Positions 19,062-26,769 of a stretch of DNA of 35,805 nt are shown here, piece after piece. The stretch is taken from contig JAZQJR010000157.1 of the NCBI GenBank assembly GCA_045541715.1, positions 1-35,805 of the forward strand. The letters are read 5' to 3'. This DNA is from Acutalibacteraceae bacterium. Its GTDB lineage: Bacteria > Bacillota > Clostridia > Oscillospirales > Acutalibacteraceae. Below the pieces are notes generated by a model that had not been told where the DNA came from, ran no database searches, and saw only the letters and a program-made list of their open reading frames with translations. The position numbers were made by a program, and so were the translations under genes. The stretch's first letter is position 1; the number at the start of each line of letters is the position of its first letter.

Positions 19062-20069
19062 TCAAGAGATGAACTTGCTGGTGACGTTGCCATTCGAGTC
19101 GCACTTGATGACGACGACCTCCCTATAGGTCTTGTCGATGCCGCGAGACGGATATTTCACCTTAATCTCGCCGTAGGCTCCACCGTAGGTTCGCGTCTCG
19201 TTGCCGGAGCGCATATAGACCTCGATTTTATCGGAGCCTTCCGCGTGAGACGTACTCAAGCATTGAACCTCGCGAGTATTTTTATTGTACCTAAAGCACG
19301 CTTGAATCGTGGTCTCGCCGATGAGCTTGTCTTTCTTGTCGGTGTAGGCAATCTTGAACTCCTTCGTGACGTAGCGATACCTGTCGTCCTCGCTGGTCTG
19401 CAAGTCGCGAACGTACTCAATCGTCTTCTCGGACATTGTTCGAGTTATTTTTTTCTTCAAGGCCTCGTTGTTAATCATCAAGTCGGAGATTTTCAGGGCC
19501 TCACTTTGCGCCTCGTCAAGCGACTTGATGTTAAACGTCACTTCGCCGTCCGCTTCACAAATAACATCGACATGGAACGCGTCGTTGTGCTCAAGGTCGG
19601 TGACGAGCGTATCCCTATTATAAATGCCGATTCTTTGCGAAACTACACTTTGGCCCGGCGCATTGTAGACCTCTTCGCTCGATGAAGTTTTCCAGAGTCG
19701 CGTTATGTCATCATCCTGGTCAACTATCAGCTTATTTTCGTCGACAGAAGCATCTTTACCGTTGTAAGAAAAGTAAAAACTCAATAAATTCGTAGAAATG
19801 CACTTTTTATCGCCTTTTACGAAAAAATCGTTTTTAACCTCAACTTTTTTTCGATACTCTTCCTGGCCGTTTTTTATGCCATCTAGAACAGGTTCGCTAA
19901 CGGTTATGTCCGAAACGCAATTTACGCCAGAACTAGTCATAATTTGCTTTTTAACGGACTGCGCCATACTTGACGTCCCCTCGGCACTCGCAAGCGCTAT
20001 TTGTGGGCAATAAAGGCCGCTAACGAACAACATCGATGCTGCCATCAAACAAGATAACATCTTTTTCAT
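19062..20069 (-). CDS. Secreted protein of unknown function (signal peptide, beta-rich, possibly two related halves)
   Basis: Signal peptide MKKMLSCLMAASMLFVSGLYCPQIALASA. It lies 18 nt downstream of the PLC gene, so is probably co-transcribed. Both halves end in a similar motif: VDVICEADGEVTFNIKS and VVVIKCDSNGNVTSKFIS. Confidence 0.5.
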   Translation of the reverse strand: MKKMLSCLMAASMLFVSGLYCPQIALASAEGTSSMAQSVKKQIMTSSGVNCVSDITVSEPVLDGIKNGQEEYRKKVEVKNDFFVKGDKKCISTNLLSFYFSYNGKDASVDENKLIVDQDDDITRLWKTSSSEEVYNAPGQSVVSQRIGIYNRDTLVTDLEHNDAFHVDVICEADGEVTFNIKSLDEAQSEALKISDLMINNEALKKKITRTMSEKTIEYVRDLQTSEDDRYRYVTKEFKIAYTDKKDKLIGETTIQACFRYNKNTREVQCLSTSHAEGSDKIEVYMRSGNETRTYGGAYGEIKVKYPSRGIDKTYREVVVIKCDSNGNVTSKFIS

Positions 20070-20099
20070 AATTGCATCCAACTCCTTCCCTTTTAGTCG

Positions 20100-20831
20100 C
20101 TAAGCTACGTCCAAGTAAAACTTGTACATCATTCCGGCAACCGATTTTTGCGCATTTTTAATCGAATTTACAGCCACAACGTCGCGCGGCAAGATTTCCT
20201 CGTATAATGCATAAAAATTGTCGTTAGCCAAATAAGCACAAGATTTCCCGATGTTCTCTACGGTATTAAGCTCGTAATATCTGAACTCATTCCGCAGCAA
20301 GGACGACGTAACGCCCGCTTGAATTTCCTTGCACCTGTCCTCGAAGCCAACATGGAACGGAAGATTAAATGCAGAATCGAATACGTCTTGGTTGTTCGTG
20401 TGCACCGGCGTGTTTAGGTCCTCCAAGTAGTGCAATGAACGTCCAAGCGCCTCCATGGCAGCCAGCCTGTCGCCAGCCTTAAAATATGTAACCGCGTTGT
20501 TGTAGTGCATCTTGCACCTCGCTAGGGCAGAGTCGTCGCCACCCATGAAATTCTGCTCGGTGGCCGGGTTGTAAAAGTGATACATAAATGCGCCATCAAC
20601 CTCGTCCTCATCCGGTTTCGTGCAGAAGGTCATGATTTGAGCCCTGTCCTCCTCCGTATAAAACTTCGAAAACTTTTCTCCCAATACAGCGTCCACAATG
20701 CAAATTCCTCTCTGCGTCGTGTATATGTGCGTGTCCGAGGAGAAAGCCGCGGCAGTAAATCCTGTCCCGACAAACGCCATCATCGTGCTGACCATACACG
20801 CGCACACCCTTTTCGTAAATAACCTTTTCAT
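20100..20831 (-). CDS. plc: Zinc-dependent phospholipase C (alpha-toxin N-domain / Bacillus PC-PLC family), secreted
   Basis: Signal peptide, then the motifs YHFYNP, SLHYLEDLNTPVHTNN and FHVGFEDR. These align with the zinc-ligand motifs SHFYDP, LHYLGDVNQPMHAAN and FHSKYEN of B. cereus PLC. ATG at 20831 has AAGGG upstream. Confidence 0.8.
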   Translation of the reverse strand: MKRLFTKRVCACMVSTMMAFVGTGFTAAAFSSDTHIYTTQRGICIVDAVLGEKFSKFYTEEDRAQIMTFCTKPDEDEVDGAFMYHFYNPATEQNFMGGDDSALARCKMHYNNAVTYFKAGDRLAAMEALGRSLHYLEDLNTPVHTNNQDVFDSAFNLPFHVGFEDRCKEIQAGVTSSLLRNEFRYYELNTVENIGKSCAYLANDNFYALYEEILPRDVVAVNSIKNAQKSVAGMMYKFYLDVA

Positions 20832-20961
20832 TCTCAACACCCTTTCTTTAAAATAAAATTTCTTCAGTATCTAGAGCCCATTCAACTTGACCACCCCCTT
20901 TAAATTTCTTCTTAAGAAAATACACGAAAATAAAGTCGCAAGAAAAAGCTTTTTCGGGCAC

Positions 20962-20990
20962 ATTGTAGCATTGTGCTTAGTTTTTGTCAA
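20962..20990 (-). promoter_or_regulatory. Near-consensus sigma-A promoter of the PLC operon
   Basis: On the minus strand: TTGACA (20985..20990), 17 nt spacer, TGcTACAAT (-10 at 20962..20967). The leader to the start codon is about 125 nt. Confidence 0.7.
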
Positions 20991-21099
20991 TTATTAGGAC
21001 GCTTTATTGGCAGTTATTACATGCGCTCGTTCCCGTCAAAATCAGCCCTCCCACTAATCCCAAAAAATTTTTAATTCTTGTCCCGAACAATAAAACTCG

Positions 21100-21132
21100 G
21101 CAAAAAATAAAGGCAAGCTTTCGCTTGCCTTT
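21100..21132 (-). terminator. Rho-independent terminator (minus strand)
   Basis: Stem aaggcaagc (21110..21118), loop tttc, stem gcttgcctt (21123..21131). On the minus strand it is followed by attttttg. Confidence 0.65.
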
Positions 21133-21172
21133 AAAATGGCGTATCTGAATTAATGCTATGAAAAAAATTCGT

Positions 21173-21850
21173 GGTGTCGATCAAATATATAATAGCAGGA
21201 AAAGGGCGGTATTGATATGTACAAGTGCAAAAAGTGCGATTCAAATGAATACGTAAAAGTCGGCTTTGTAAATGGCAAACAGCACTACAAGTGCAAAAAA
21301 ATGCGTATACCGGCATTGCTAAATTCCGGTATATGCAAGCGAATACTCTGTAAAATCAAATTCTGAAAAACTGCATAAGTAGCCGCTTAATTTAATTTTT
21401 ACCTGTTGTAAAAATCGCAGCCATATATGCAACATTAGCAATGCCCGTATACCAATTTGTTCCCACAAGGCATAAAGGTAGGAGCAAACAAGAAAAACTC
21501 CTAGCGGTGTGTATATGCGCGCACGCTTATTCATTTAGAACTATCGCCAAATTTTTTAAAGTCAACGTTCTTTTAGGTGAAAACATTTGCAAAAATAGCG
21601 GTATTTCTAAATTTGTGTACATGCAGGCAAATGACCTTATAAAATCAAAAAATGAAAAAGGCTAGAAACCGTTGCTCAACTCAATTTTTTCATCGACAAA
21701 ACTCTTGCTATCTATGTAGCTTTAACAATACTGAATTCGGAAAGCTTGGGGTGTTTATCAAATAATCAAACGTGATGCAAAAGGAAAAAATGGCAGCATA
21801 AATACGCACAAAGGCAAAAATTACGGTTGCCAACTTGAAACCTCGCAAGC
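21173..21850 (+). mobile_element. Cluster of IS1-family remnants (one copy interrupted by a MITE, then a second degenerate left end)
   Basis: Left end ggtgtcgatcaaatatat, then MYKCKKCDSNEYVKVGFVNGKQHYKCKK. After the MITE the sequence continues FVPTRHKGRSKQEKLLAV.. AHAYSFRTIAKFFKVNV. A second left-end-like segment lies at about 21752. Confidence 0.75.
21312..21445. mobile_element. 134-bp MITE (copy 3) inserted in the IS1 zinc-finger region
   Basis: Terminal inverted repeats ggcattgctaaatt / (c)attagcaatgcc. Direct 8-bp duplication cgtatacc at 21304..21311 and 21446..21453. The interior is related to the copies at 26175 and 26553. Confidence 0.85.
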
Positions 21851-21900
21851 CACTTTGTGTGAGTTATTTTTTTGTAATTTGAAGCCTCACACCTTAATAT

Positions 21901-23223
21901 CTACATATCTCTAAACATCTTTAGGTATGTACCATACGGGCAATTAAGCTCATCATTTATGGTCTTCTGCGACCACTCGCTCGCGTTTAATAAAAATTGT
22001 GGATTCGTTGCGGCGGTATTTTTTATCGCAGACTTAAGTTGATTCCACCTGGAAATAGTAGCCTCTATGTACTCAGGCTCAAGTGTATCGAAAAGAGTCG
22101 CGCGAATCTGATTATCAGATACTTTTAGAATTCGGTTGGCAAGACGCTTGTCCATATGTGGTAAAGTAAGTTTATTATCTGCAGCAACTAACCCCGGGAA
22201 CCAGCCATGCGGACTCAAATCGCTAATATTTCCAAAGGTACAATCTTGATCGTAGCCGACCACTCTCAGAGCTGGCTTTGTAGTCTGTGAACGTATGAGT
22301 GAAAAGGCCCTGCGTCTCTTGTCGCCATGAGATACTCGTTTATTATTATCCGAAAGTATAAGAGAATAATTCCACGGGACCCTATCAACTTGTCCAATTA
22401 GCCCGTCAAAAACCATTAAAGTAGATAAGCTATGTTGTAAAGATGGACGAATCGTCTTGTTGTTCATCGCTCTAAAGGGAAACCAGTCCATACCATTCTC
22501 GACGTTATCTATCAAAGCCCCTTGAACGTCCGGCAAACCTCGTCTACGGAGGATGGCATACTCGGATTTAGCAATCACGTCTGAAAGCCCTAGCAATTTT
22601 TCTATTCTACTTGCCGAAACATTTCTTATTTTAGTGTCGGTGTTCTCCCTTATACTTAATGTATCAACCCAGAGATCTTTATTTATGCCATTTTTTACGT
22701 TGTATTCTGGCGCCTTGAAAAACTTTTTCTTATTTCCTGTTCCTATCGCTAAAACCTTTGAACGACAGCCATCTGATGGAGCTATCGCCTGCCGTGTAGC
22801 ATCAAACACGAGCGTTGCCTTAACAGGAGAAGGTTCCAACTGTGGCACAATATCATTGCGGACAATTTTTACTTGAACTTGTTGAACATTCAAGTTTGCA
22901 TCAATACTTCCCGCTGTCTCGCCGTTACGAGCCCAACCAAGCCAACCGTAATTTTGCAAATAAACTCTATAAAAAATATTGTAGCTGTCGCGAAGGCCAC
23001 TATTTAACTCCATCTTGACGGCCTCTAAGTTACTACCAACTTTGCTAGCGTTCTCAATGTCAGTTAGGGTAGTCTTCCAGTCTTCGCCCTTTCTTAATGT
23101 GCTATAGCGTATACTGTCGCTATCAGAAACACAAAGCGCAGTAATACATTGCCCCCCCTGCATCAAGCACAAAACGAACATCATCAATATGATTTTTTTA
23201 GCCTTTGCAACCACTGCATTCAT
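21901..23223 (-). CDS. Secreted ChW-repeat protein with an uncharacterised C-terminal domain (possible atypical kinase-like fold)
   Basis: Signal peptide. ChW-type repeats NLEAVKMEL and YRVYLQNYGWLGWARNGETAGSIDANLNVQQVQVKIV. The C-terminal ~290 aa contains LMVFDGLIGQVDRVPWNYSLI and VVGYDQDCTFG. Confidence 0.6.
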   Translation of the reverse strand: MNAVVAKAKKIILMMFVLCLMQGGQCITALCVSDSDSIRYSTLRKGEDWKTTLTDIENASKVGSNLEAVKMELNSGLRDSYNIFYRVYLQNYGWLGWARNGETAGSIDANLNVQQVQVKIVRNDIVPQLEPSPVKATLVFDATRQAIAPSDGCRSKVLAIGTGNKKKFFKAPEYNVKNGINKDLWVDTLSIRENTDTKIRNVSASRIEKLLGLSDVIAKSEYAILRRRGLPDVQGALIDNVENGMDWFPFRAMNNKTIRPSLQHSLSTLMVFDGLIGQVDRVPWNYSLILSDNNKRVSHGDKRRRAFSLIRSQTTKPALRVVGYDQDCTFGNISDLSPHGWFPGLVAADNKLTLPHMDKRLANRILKVSDNQIRATLFDTLEPEYIEATISRWNQLKSAIKNTAATNPQFLLNASEWSQKTINDELNCPYGTYLKMFRDM

Positions 23224-23232
23224 AATCTTACC

Positions 23233-23877
23233 TCATAAAATCTTGTAATATATCGCGCTGTCGCAAGTACAACGCCCACCGCAATCAAGACATTTAAAGT
23301 CAGGTCGGTTGTACATTCTCATGTGAACGGTCTTGTAGTGGGTAAAACATAGTCGTTCCATAATGTGCTTAGCGGGTATGCTGCCATCCTTTTTGACCCA
23401 TAGCGCTGACCATGCCGAGCGAAACCCTAATTTCTTGGCATTCTCAAGGCCTTGTCTAGTCAGCTCGGTTGCAAGGCCATGTTTTTCGGCTTCTTTTTGC
23501 AGCACCAATGTTTTCACAACGTAAATTTTTTCGTTACGACCGATAACCTTTTCTATTTCTTCAGGTGTTAATTTCATTTCCGCGGCCAAAGATGGAATAT
23601 CTGAGCTATGGGAAAATAAAAAGCCCTGCAGTTTTTTATCTTTTTCAGAGATAACCAGCTTACAGGCGTTGTTTTTGTCTTGAATGAATGCCTGGATTTT
23701 TTCTACCGTTGTGTATCTTTCTCCAAGGCGTTCTTCCGCTAAATCGACTATTGCGCTTAAATACTCCTTAGAGAAATCCACATATTTAACTTTCAGCTTA
23801 GTATCAAGTTGCAAAAAACATCGCTTCCTTTTTGAAAATAGTCTGGATGCTCCAAGTATAGTTTGAGATTTACGCAC
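23233..23877 (-). CDS. GNAT-family N-acetyltransferase with a Cys-rich C-terminal tail
   Basis: Motif-A-like LVLQKEAEKHGLATELTRQGLENAKKLGF. The tail is FKCLDCGGRCTCDSAIYY. A TTG at 23814 with an AGGAAG ribosome binding site is a plausible shorter start. Confidence 0.6.
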   Translation of the reverse strand: MRKSQTILGASRLFSKRKRCFLQLDTKLKVKYVDFSKEYLSAIVDLAEERLGERYTTVEKIQAFIQDKNNACKLVISEKDKKLQGFLFSHSSDIPSLAAEMKLTPEEIEKVIGRNEKIYVVKTLVLQKEAEKHGLATELTRQGLENAKKLGFRSAWSALWVKKDGSIPAKHIMERLCFTHYKTVHMRMYNRPDFKCLDCGGRCTCDSAIYYKIL

Positions 23878-23897
23878 TTATCTGTAGCCTAAAGCTA

Positions 23898-23981
23898 GCC
23901 GCGATGCCAAAGAAAATAAGTACTTATTTTCTTTGTACCCCCGTACCTTAACAGTGTTGGGGCACTTCGGCGCCTCGCGGC
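23898..23981. repeat. GC-rich palindromic intergenic element (copy b, partly degenerate)
   Basis: gccgcgatgc (23898..23907) pairs with gcctcgcggc (23972..23981). The internal hairpin caaagaaaataa-gtac-ttattttctttg is almost identical to the one at 35044..35071. Confidence 0.7.
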
Positions 23982-24019
23982 CTCCATATCACTTGATTTG
24001 GTTCCTCAGATGTTCAACA

Positions 24020-24205
24020 TCATACCGTTTCTTGGGATAATCCTTTGATGTAGTCCTCATTTGCTCGCTTGTCCGCATCGTTGTGATAAGTTTGGCCTCC
24101 TGCCACGTTGAGGAGTGTATCTTCACTAAGTTCGTTTAGATTTAACTTTTTTGATTTTTGACTTTTCACTTTATTTTGCTCTTGTCTTTTGTTGAATAAT
24201 CCCAT
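24020..24205 (-). CDS. Double-glycine-leader peptide precursor (37-aa leader, 24-aa hydrophilic core)
   Basis: LNELSEDTLLNVAGG|Q fits the GG-leader consensus (L-12, S-11, L-7, V-4, G-2, G-1). AAGGAG lies 6 nt before the ATG, and an extended -10 promoter lies upstream. Confidence 0.65.
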   Translation of the reverse strand: MGLFNKRQEQNKVKSQKSKKLNLNELSEDTLLNVAGGQTYHNDADKRANEDYIKGLSQETV

Positions 24206-24238
24206 TTCCAGCTCTCCTTTTATTTTTGATTTATTGAG

Positions 24239-24267
24239 ATTATACCACGACTTTGTTTTGCTAATAA
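24239..24267 (-). promoter_or_regulatory. Extended -10 promoter of the GG-peptide gene
   Basis: On the minus strand: TTATTA (24262..24267), 17 nt spacer, TGgTATAAT (-10 at 24239..24244). Confidence 0.6.
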
Positions 24268-24552
24268 GTGTTTTGCTAAAAATCTATTTTTTGACTTGCT
24301 TATTGAATAGCAGTTTGTTTAAATTATCAAAAAGGGGGCAAAAGTGTAAAAATGCTGCGCGTTATGTGTTTAAAACGCATAATTGATGTCAGAATATAAT
24401 GATAAACTTGCGGGAAGCAAAAACAAAACTTTGTGGCTATATTTTCAAGATGCTGCTAAAATTCAATATATTCATTGCGAAATAAAAGTGGGGCATTCAC
24501 GAAAAACGAGCATTTTTCATTAGTCTAATAATTGTGACCTACTCACTTAATT

Positions 24553-24725
24553 AGATCTCTTGCGGAAATAAACATGCAGAGTAAAAAATAAAATATGAGA
24601 AAATAGTGAAATATTCAGGAACAAAATTCCGAAGAATTACAGGAGTAAAGCGAAGTACGTTTGAAAAACTGGTAGAGATTCTGAAGAAAGGATATACAGG
24701 GAAACATCAGACCAGCTATAAAAAG
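24553..24725 (+). mobile_element. 5' fragment of the Harbinger-like IS5-superfamily element
   Basis: End agatctcttgcggaaataaacatgcagagtaaaa and the N-terminal KYSGTKFRRITGVKRSTFEKLVEILKKGYTG. It is the reverse complement of the equivalent part of the copy at 15130..15288. Confidence 0.7.
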
Positions 24726-24793
24726 TCAATAAGGAAATAAAAATAATTTTATAGATAGATAGAAAGAGCATAAGAAAAAGATCTTAGCAGGGC

Positions 24794-25053
24794 TAGAGCG
24801 CGTCGTCAATAAAACTTAACTATATCGCATACGCATCAAACAAGATGGTCGGTGAAAATAGCGAAATCTCTTAAATTGCGAATGACGAGATTATTATCTT
24901 CTTTTTTAAGGAACGTCTTTCATAATTTACATAAATTGCCTTCTTGCAATTTTAAATGCCGGCTCTGCATTTTTGTTGAACTTTGATGTTAATGTTATTG
25001 ATTTTTATCAAATCTAGCAATGTACATACAAGCTTTATTGACGACGCGCTCTA
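24794..25053. mobile_element. 260-bp non-coding derivative (MITE) of the IS5-family element, with perfect 20-bp terminal inverted repeats
   Basis: tagagcgcgtcgtcaataaa at 24794..24813 and its exact reverse complement at 25034..25053. No ORF lies between them. The same terminus occurs at 25694..25713 and 26513..26532. Confidence 0.8.
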
Positions 25054-25713
25054 CCATCTGTGACAAAAAACGCACCGCCATACCATGAACATCCACGGCC
25101 AGATGTATTTTCGTGTTGAGCCCCGCGATTGACCTCGCACGACAAGAGGCGGCGCGTGGTCGCGCAGAACATTTCGCGCGCAAAGCAAGATATAGAGCCG
25201 ACGAATCCTTTCACGCGTTCTTGTCTTTTGACTTTTTGAAAAAGTTGCTAATCGGGCGCATTTTTTGAGTTGAAACCTGATCGTTTTGCTCGCGCCTAGA
25301 ACAGTTTATAATACAACATGGTAAAAAACTTTTGTTATCTCCCAAAGTGCAAAAAACACATTGATCAATAGGCCACTCAAAACCCGCGTCATCTATCAGC
25401 GCGGCTAGAATATTTCCCCAAATTCCTTTATCTCTCCATCGGCAAAATCTGCGATGAACATTTTTCCAATGTCCATATTCTGCTGGAAGGTCTCTCCATG
25501 GAGCTCCTGTGCGAAAAATCCAAAATACGCCGTTTATGAATTGCCGTGTATTCTTAGCATTTATCCACGTGTGCCCTTTTCTCCAATGGTGTGAGGTTTT
25601 ATCTTTTTCCAAGCACTGTTGCTTATATCGTGCCGGTGCATTTCTTTATTCATTTTCTGCTTCACGTACTTTTTTATTTCTATCATATCATATTTTATTG
25701 ACGACACGCTCTA
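25054..25713 (-). pseudogene. IS5-family transposase, 5' half with left terminus (frameshifted)
   Basis: Minus-strand reading from the terminus at 25713 gives MNKEMHRHDISNSAWKKIKPH, then after a frame change ..TRQFINGVFWIFRTGAPWRDLPAEYGHWKNVHRRFCRWRDKGIW, then GLNTKIHLAVDVHGMAVRFL. Confidence 0.8.
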
Positions 25714-26010
25714 CCGTTGCGGATTGCTCTATTGCAGAAGCGCTAATCACCGAATTTCAAGCTGAATATTTGCTGGCCAACCGCGGTTATGACACTGACG
25801 CCATCATTAGCAGCGCGCTTCAAGCAGGAATGATGCCAGTAATTCCTCCGAAAAAGAACCGCAAAGTTCCGCGCAACTACGATAGCATAATTACAAGCTG
25901 CGACACCTCGTCGAGAATGCTTTTTTCAGCTCAAGAAACTGCGAGACATTGCTACGCCTTATTCTAAGAACGTTTCTTCATTTGTTGCTGCAGTTCAAAT
26001 TAGATGCATT

Positions 26011-26493
26011 AGACCTCTTGCAAAATTAAGAGAGTTGATCAAAATTGCAAATACCTGCGATCAAAGAAAAACGGAGAGACAAGCGTTTGCTTCGGTTGCG
26101 GTATCGTTCTGAAAGAATTAGAAACCGCTTAACTAAGGCGATCACGTGATCAACAGCGATACGTTTTCTTGAGAGGCATTGCTAAATTTGCGTAGATAAG
26201 TGCAGTCTTTGCAAGCGGTAAAAACGAAACAAATCGGCTACTTATGAAACTTTTTAGCATTTGCTTTTTCCTTGCATTGTCTCACGTCTATATGAATTTA
26301 GCAATGCCCTTGAGATATTTCTGTTCTGCTTTCGACTTTGCTTCGATAAAGGTCGATTTTTGCTAGACTTTTTCGGCAAAACGGCATTCGTGTGCAGCTT
26401 GCAAGTCCTTGATAGCTGCTATCTGTTGTTAGTTGTGTTCCTGAATTATTCGCTGTTTTTTTCATGCTGCATGTTTATTTTCGCAAGAGGTCT
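26011..26493 (-). mobile_element. Mini-copy of the Harbinger-like IS5-superfamily element (both ends present, most of the interior deleted), itself carrying a MITE
   Basis: Ends agacctcttgcaaaattaagagag and tttattttcgcaagaggtct. Flanking att on both sides is a possible 3-bp target duplication. It is collinear with 14422..14690 and with the left end of the copy at 15288. Confidence 0.75.
26175..26308. mobile_element. 134-bp MITE (copy 1)
   Basis: Terminal inverted repeats ggcattgctaaattt / gaatttagcaatgcc. A 7-bp direct duplication cttgaga lies at 26168..26174 and 26309..26315. The uninterrupted target sequence (..ttcttgagatatttc..) is visible in the sister copy at about 14578..14592. Confidence 0.9.
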
Positions 26494-26552
26494 ATTGCTA
26501 TTTGGATAAAAATTTATTGACGACACGCTCTAGGGTACTCATCGAAACTTTA

Positions 26553-26692
26553 GGCATTGCTAAATTCACGCAAATGTGAACCAATTCAAGGTAAGAGCAA
26601 ACACTAATGCTAAAAAGTTTCAGAAGTATCCGAATCGTTTCATTTTTACCGTTTGCAAACACTGCAGCCATCTACGCAAATTTAGCGACGCC
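26553..26692. mobile_element. MITE of the same family (copy 2, opposite orientation, one terminus degenerate)
   Basis: ggcattgctaaattc ... caaatttagcgacgcc. The interior aligns with the reverse complement of copy 1 (gctaaaaagtttca.aagta.ccga..., tttttaccg.ttgcaaa.actgca). Confidence 0.8.
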
Positions 26693-26707
26693 TCCGCCTA
26701 GCGACAG

Positions 26708-26736
26708 TGGAAAAAATAAATTTTTTGTGCTATAAT
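26708..26736 (+). promoter_or_regulatory. Probable promoter of tig
   Basis: TGGAAA (26708..26713), 17 nt spacer, TGcTATAAT (-10 at 26731..26736). The ribosome binding site CAGGAGGA precedes the ATG at 26770. Confidence 0.55.
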
Positions 26737-26769
26737 TGTAAAGATATTTGCATTTTTCAGGAGGACAAA

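Larger units (their letters stand above)
25714..26532 (+). pseudogene. IS5-family transposase, 3' half with right terminus, interrupted by a Harbinger-like mini-element
   Basis: TVADCSIAEALITEFQAEYLLANRGYDTDAIISSALQAGMMPVIPPKKNRK, then after a frame change YKLRHLVENAFFQLKKLRDIAT.YSKN. The terminus is tttattgacgacacgctcta at 26513..26532. Confidence 0.8.
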
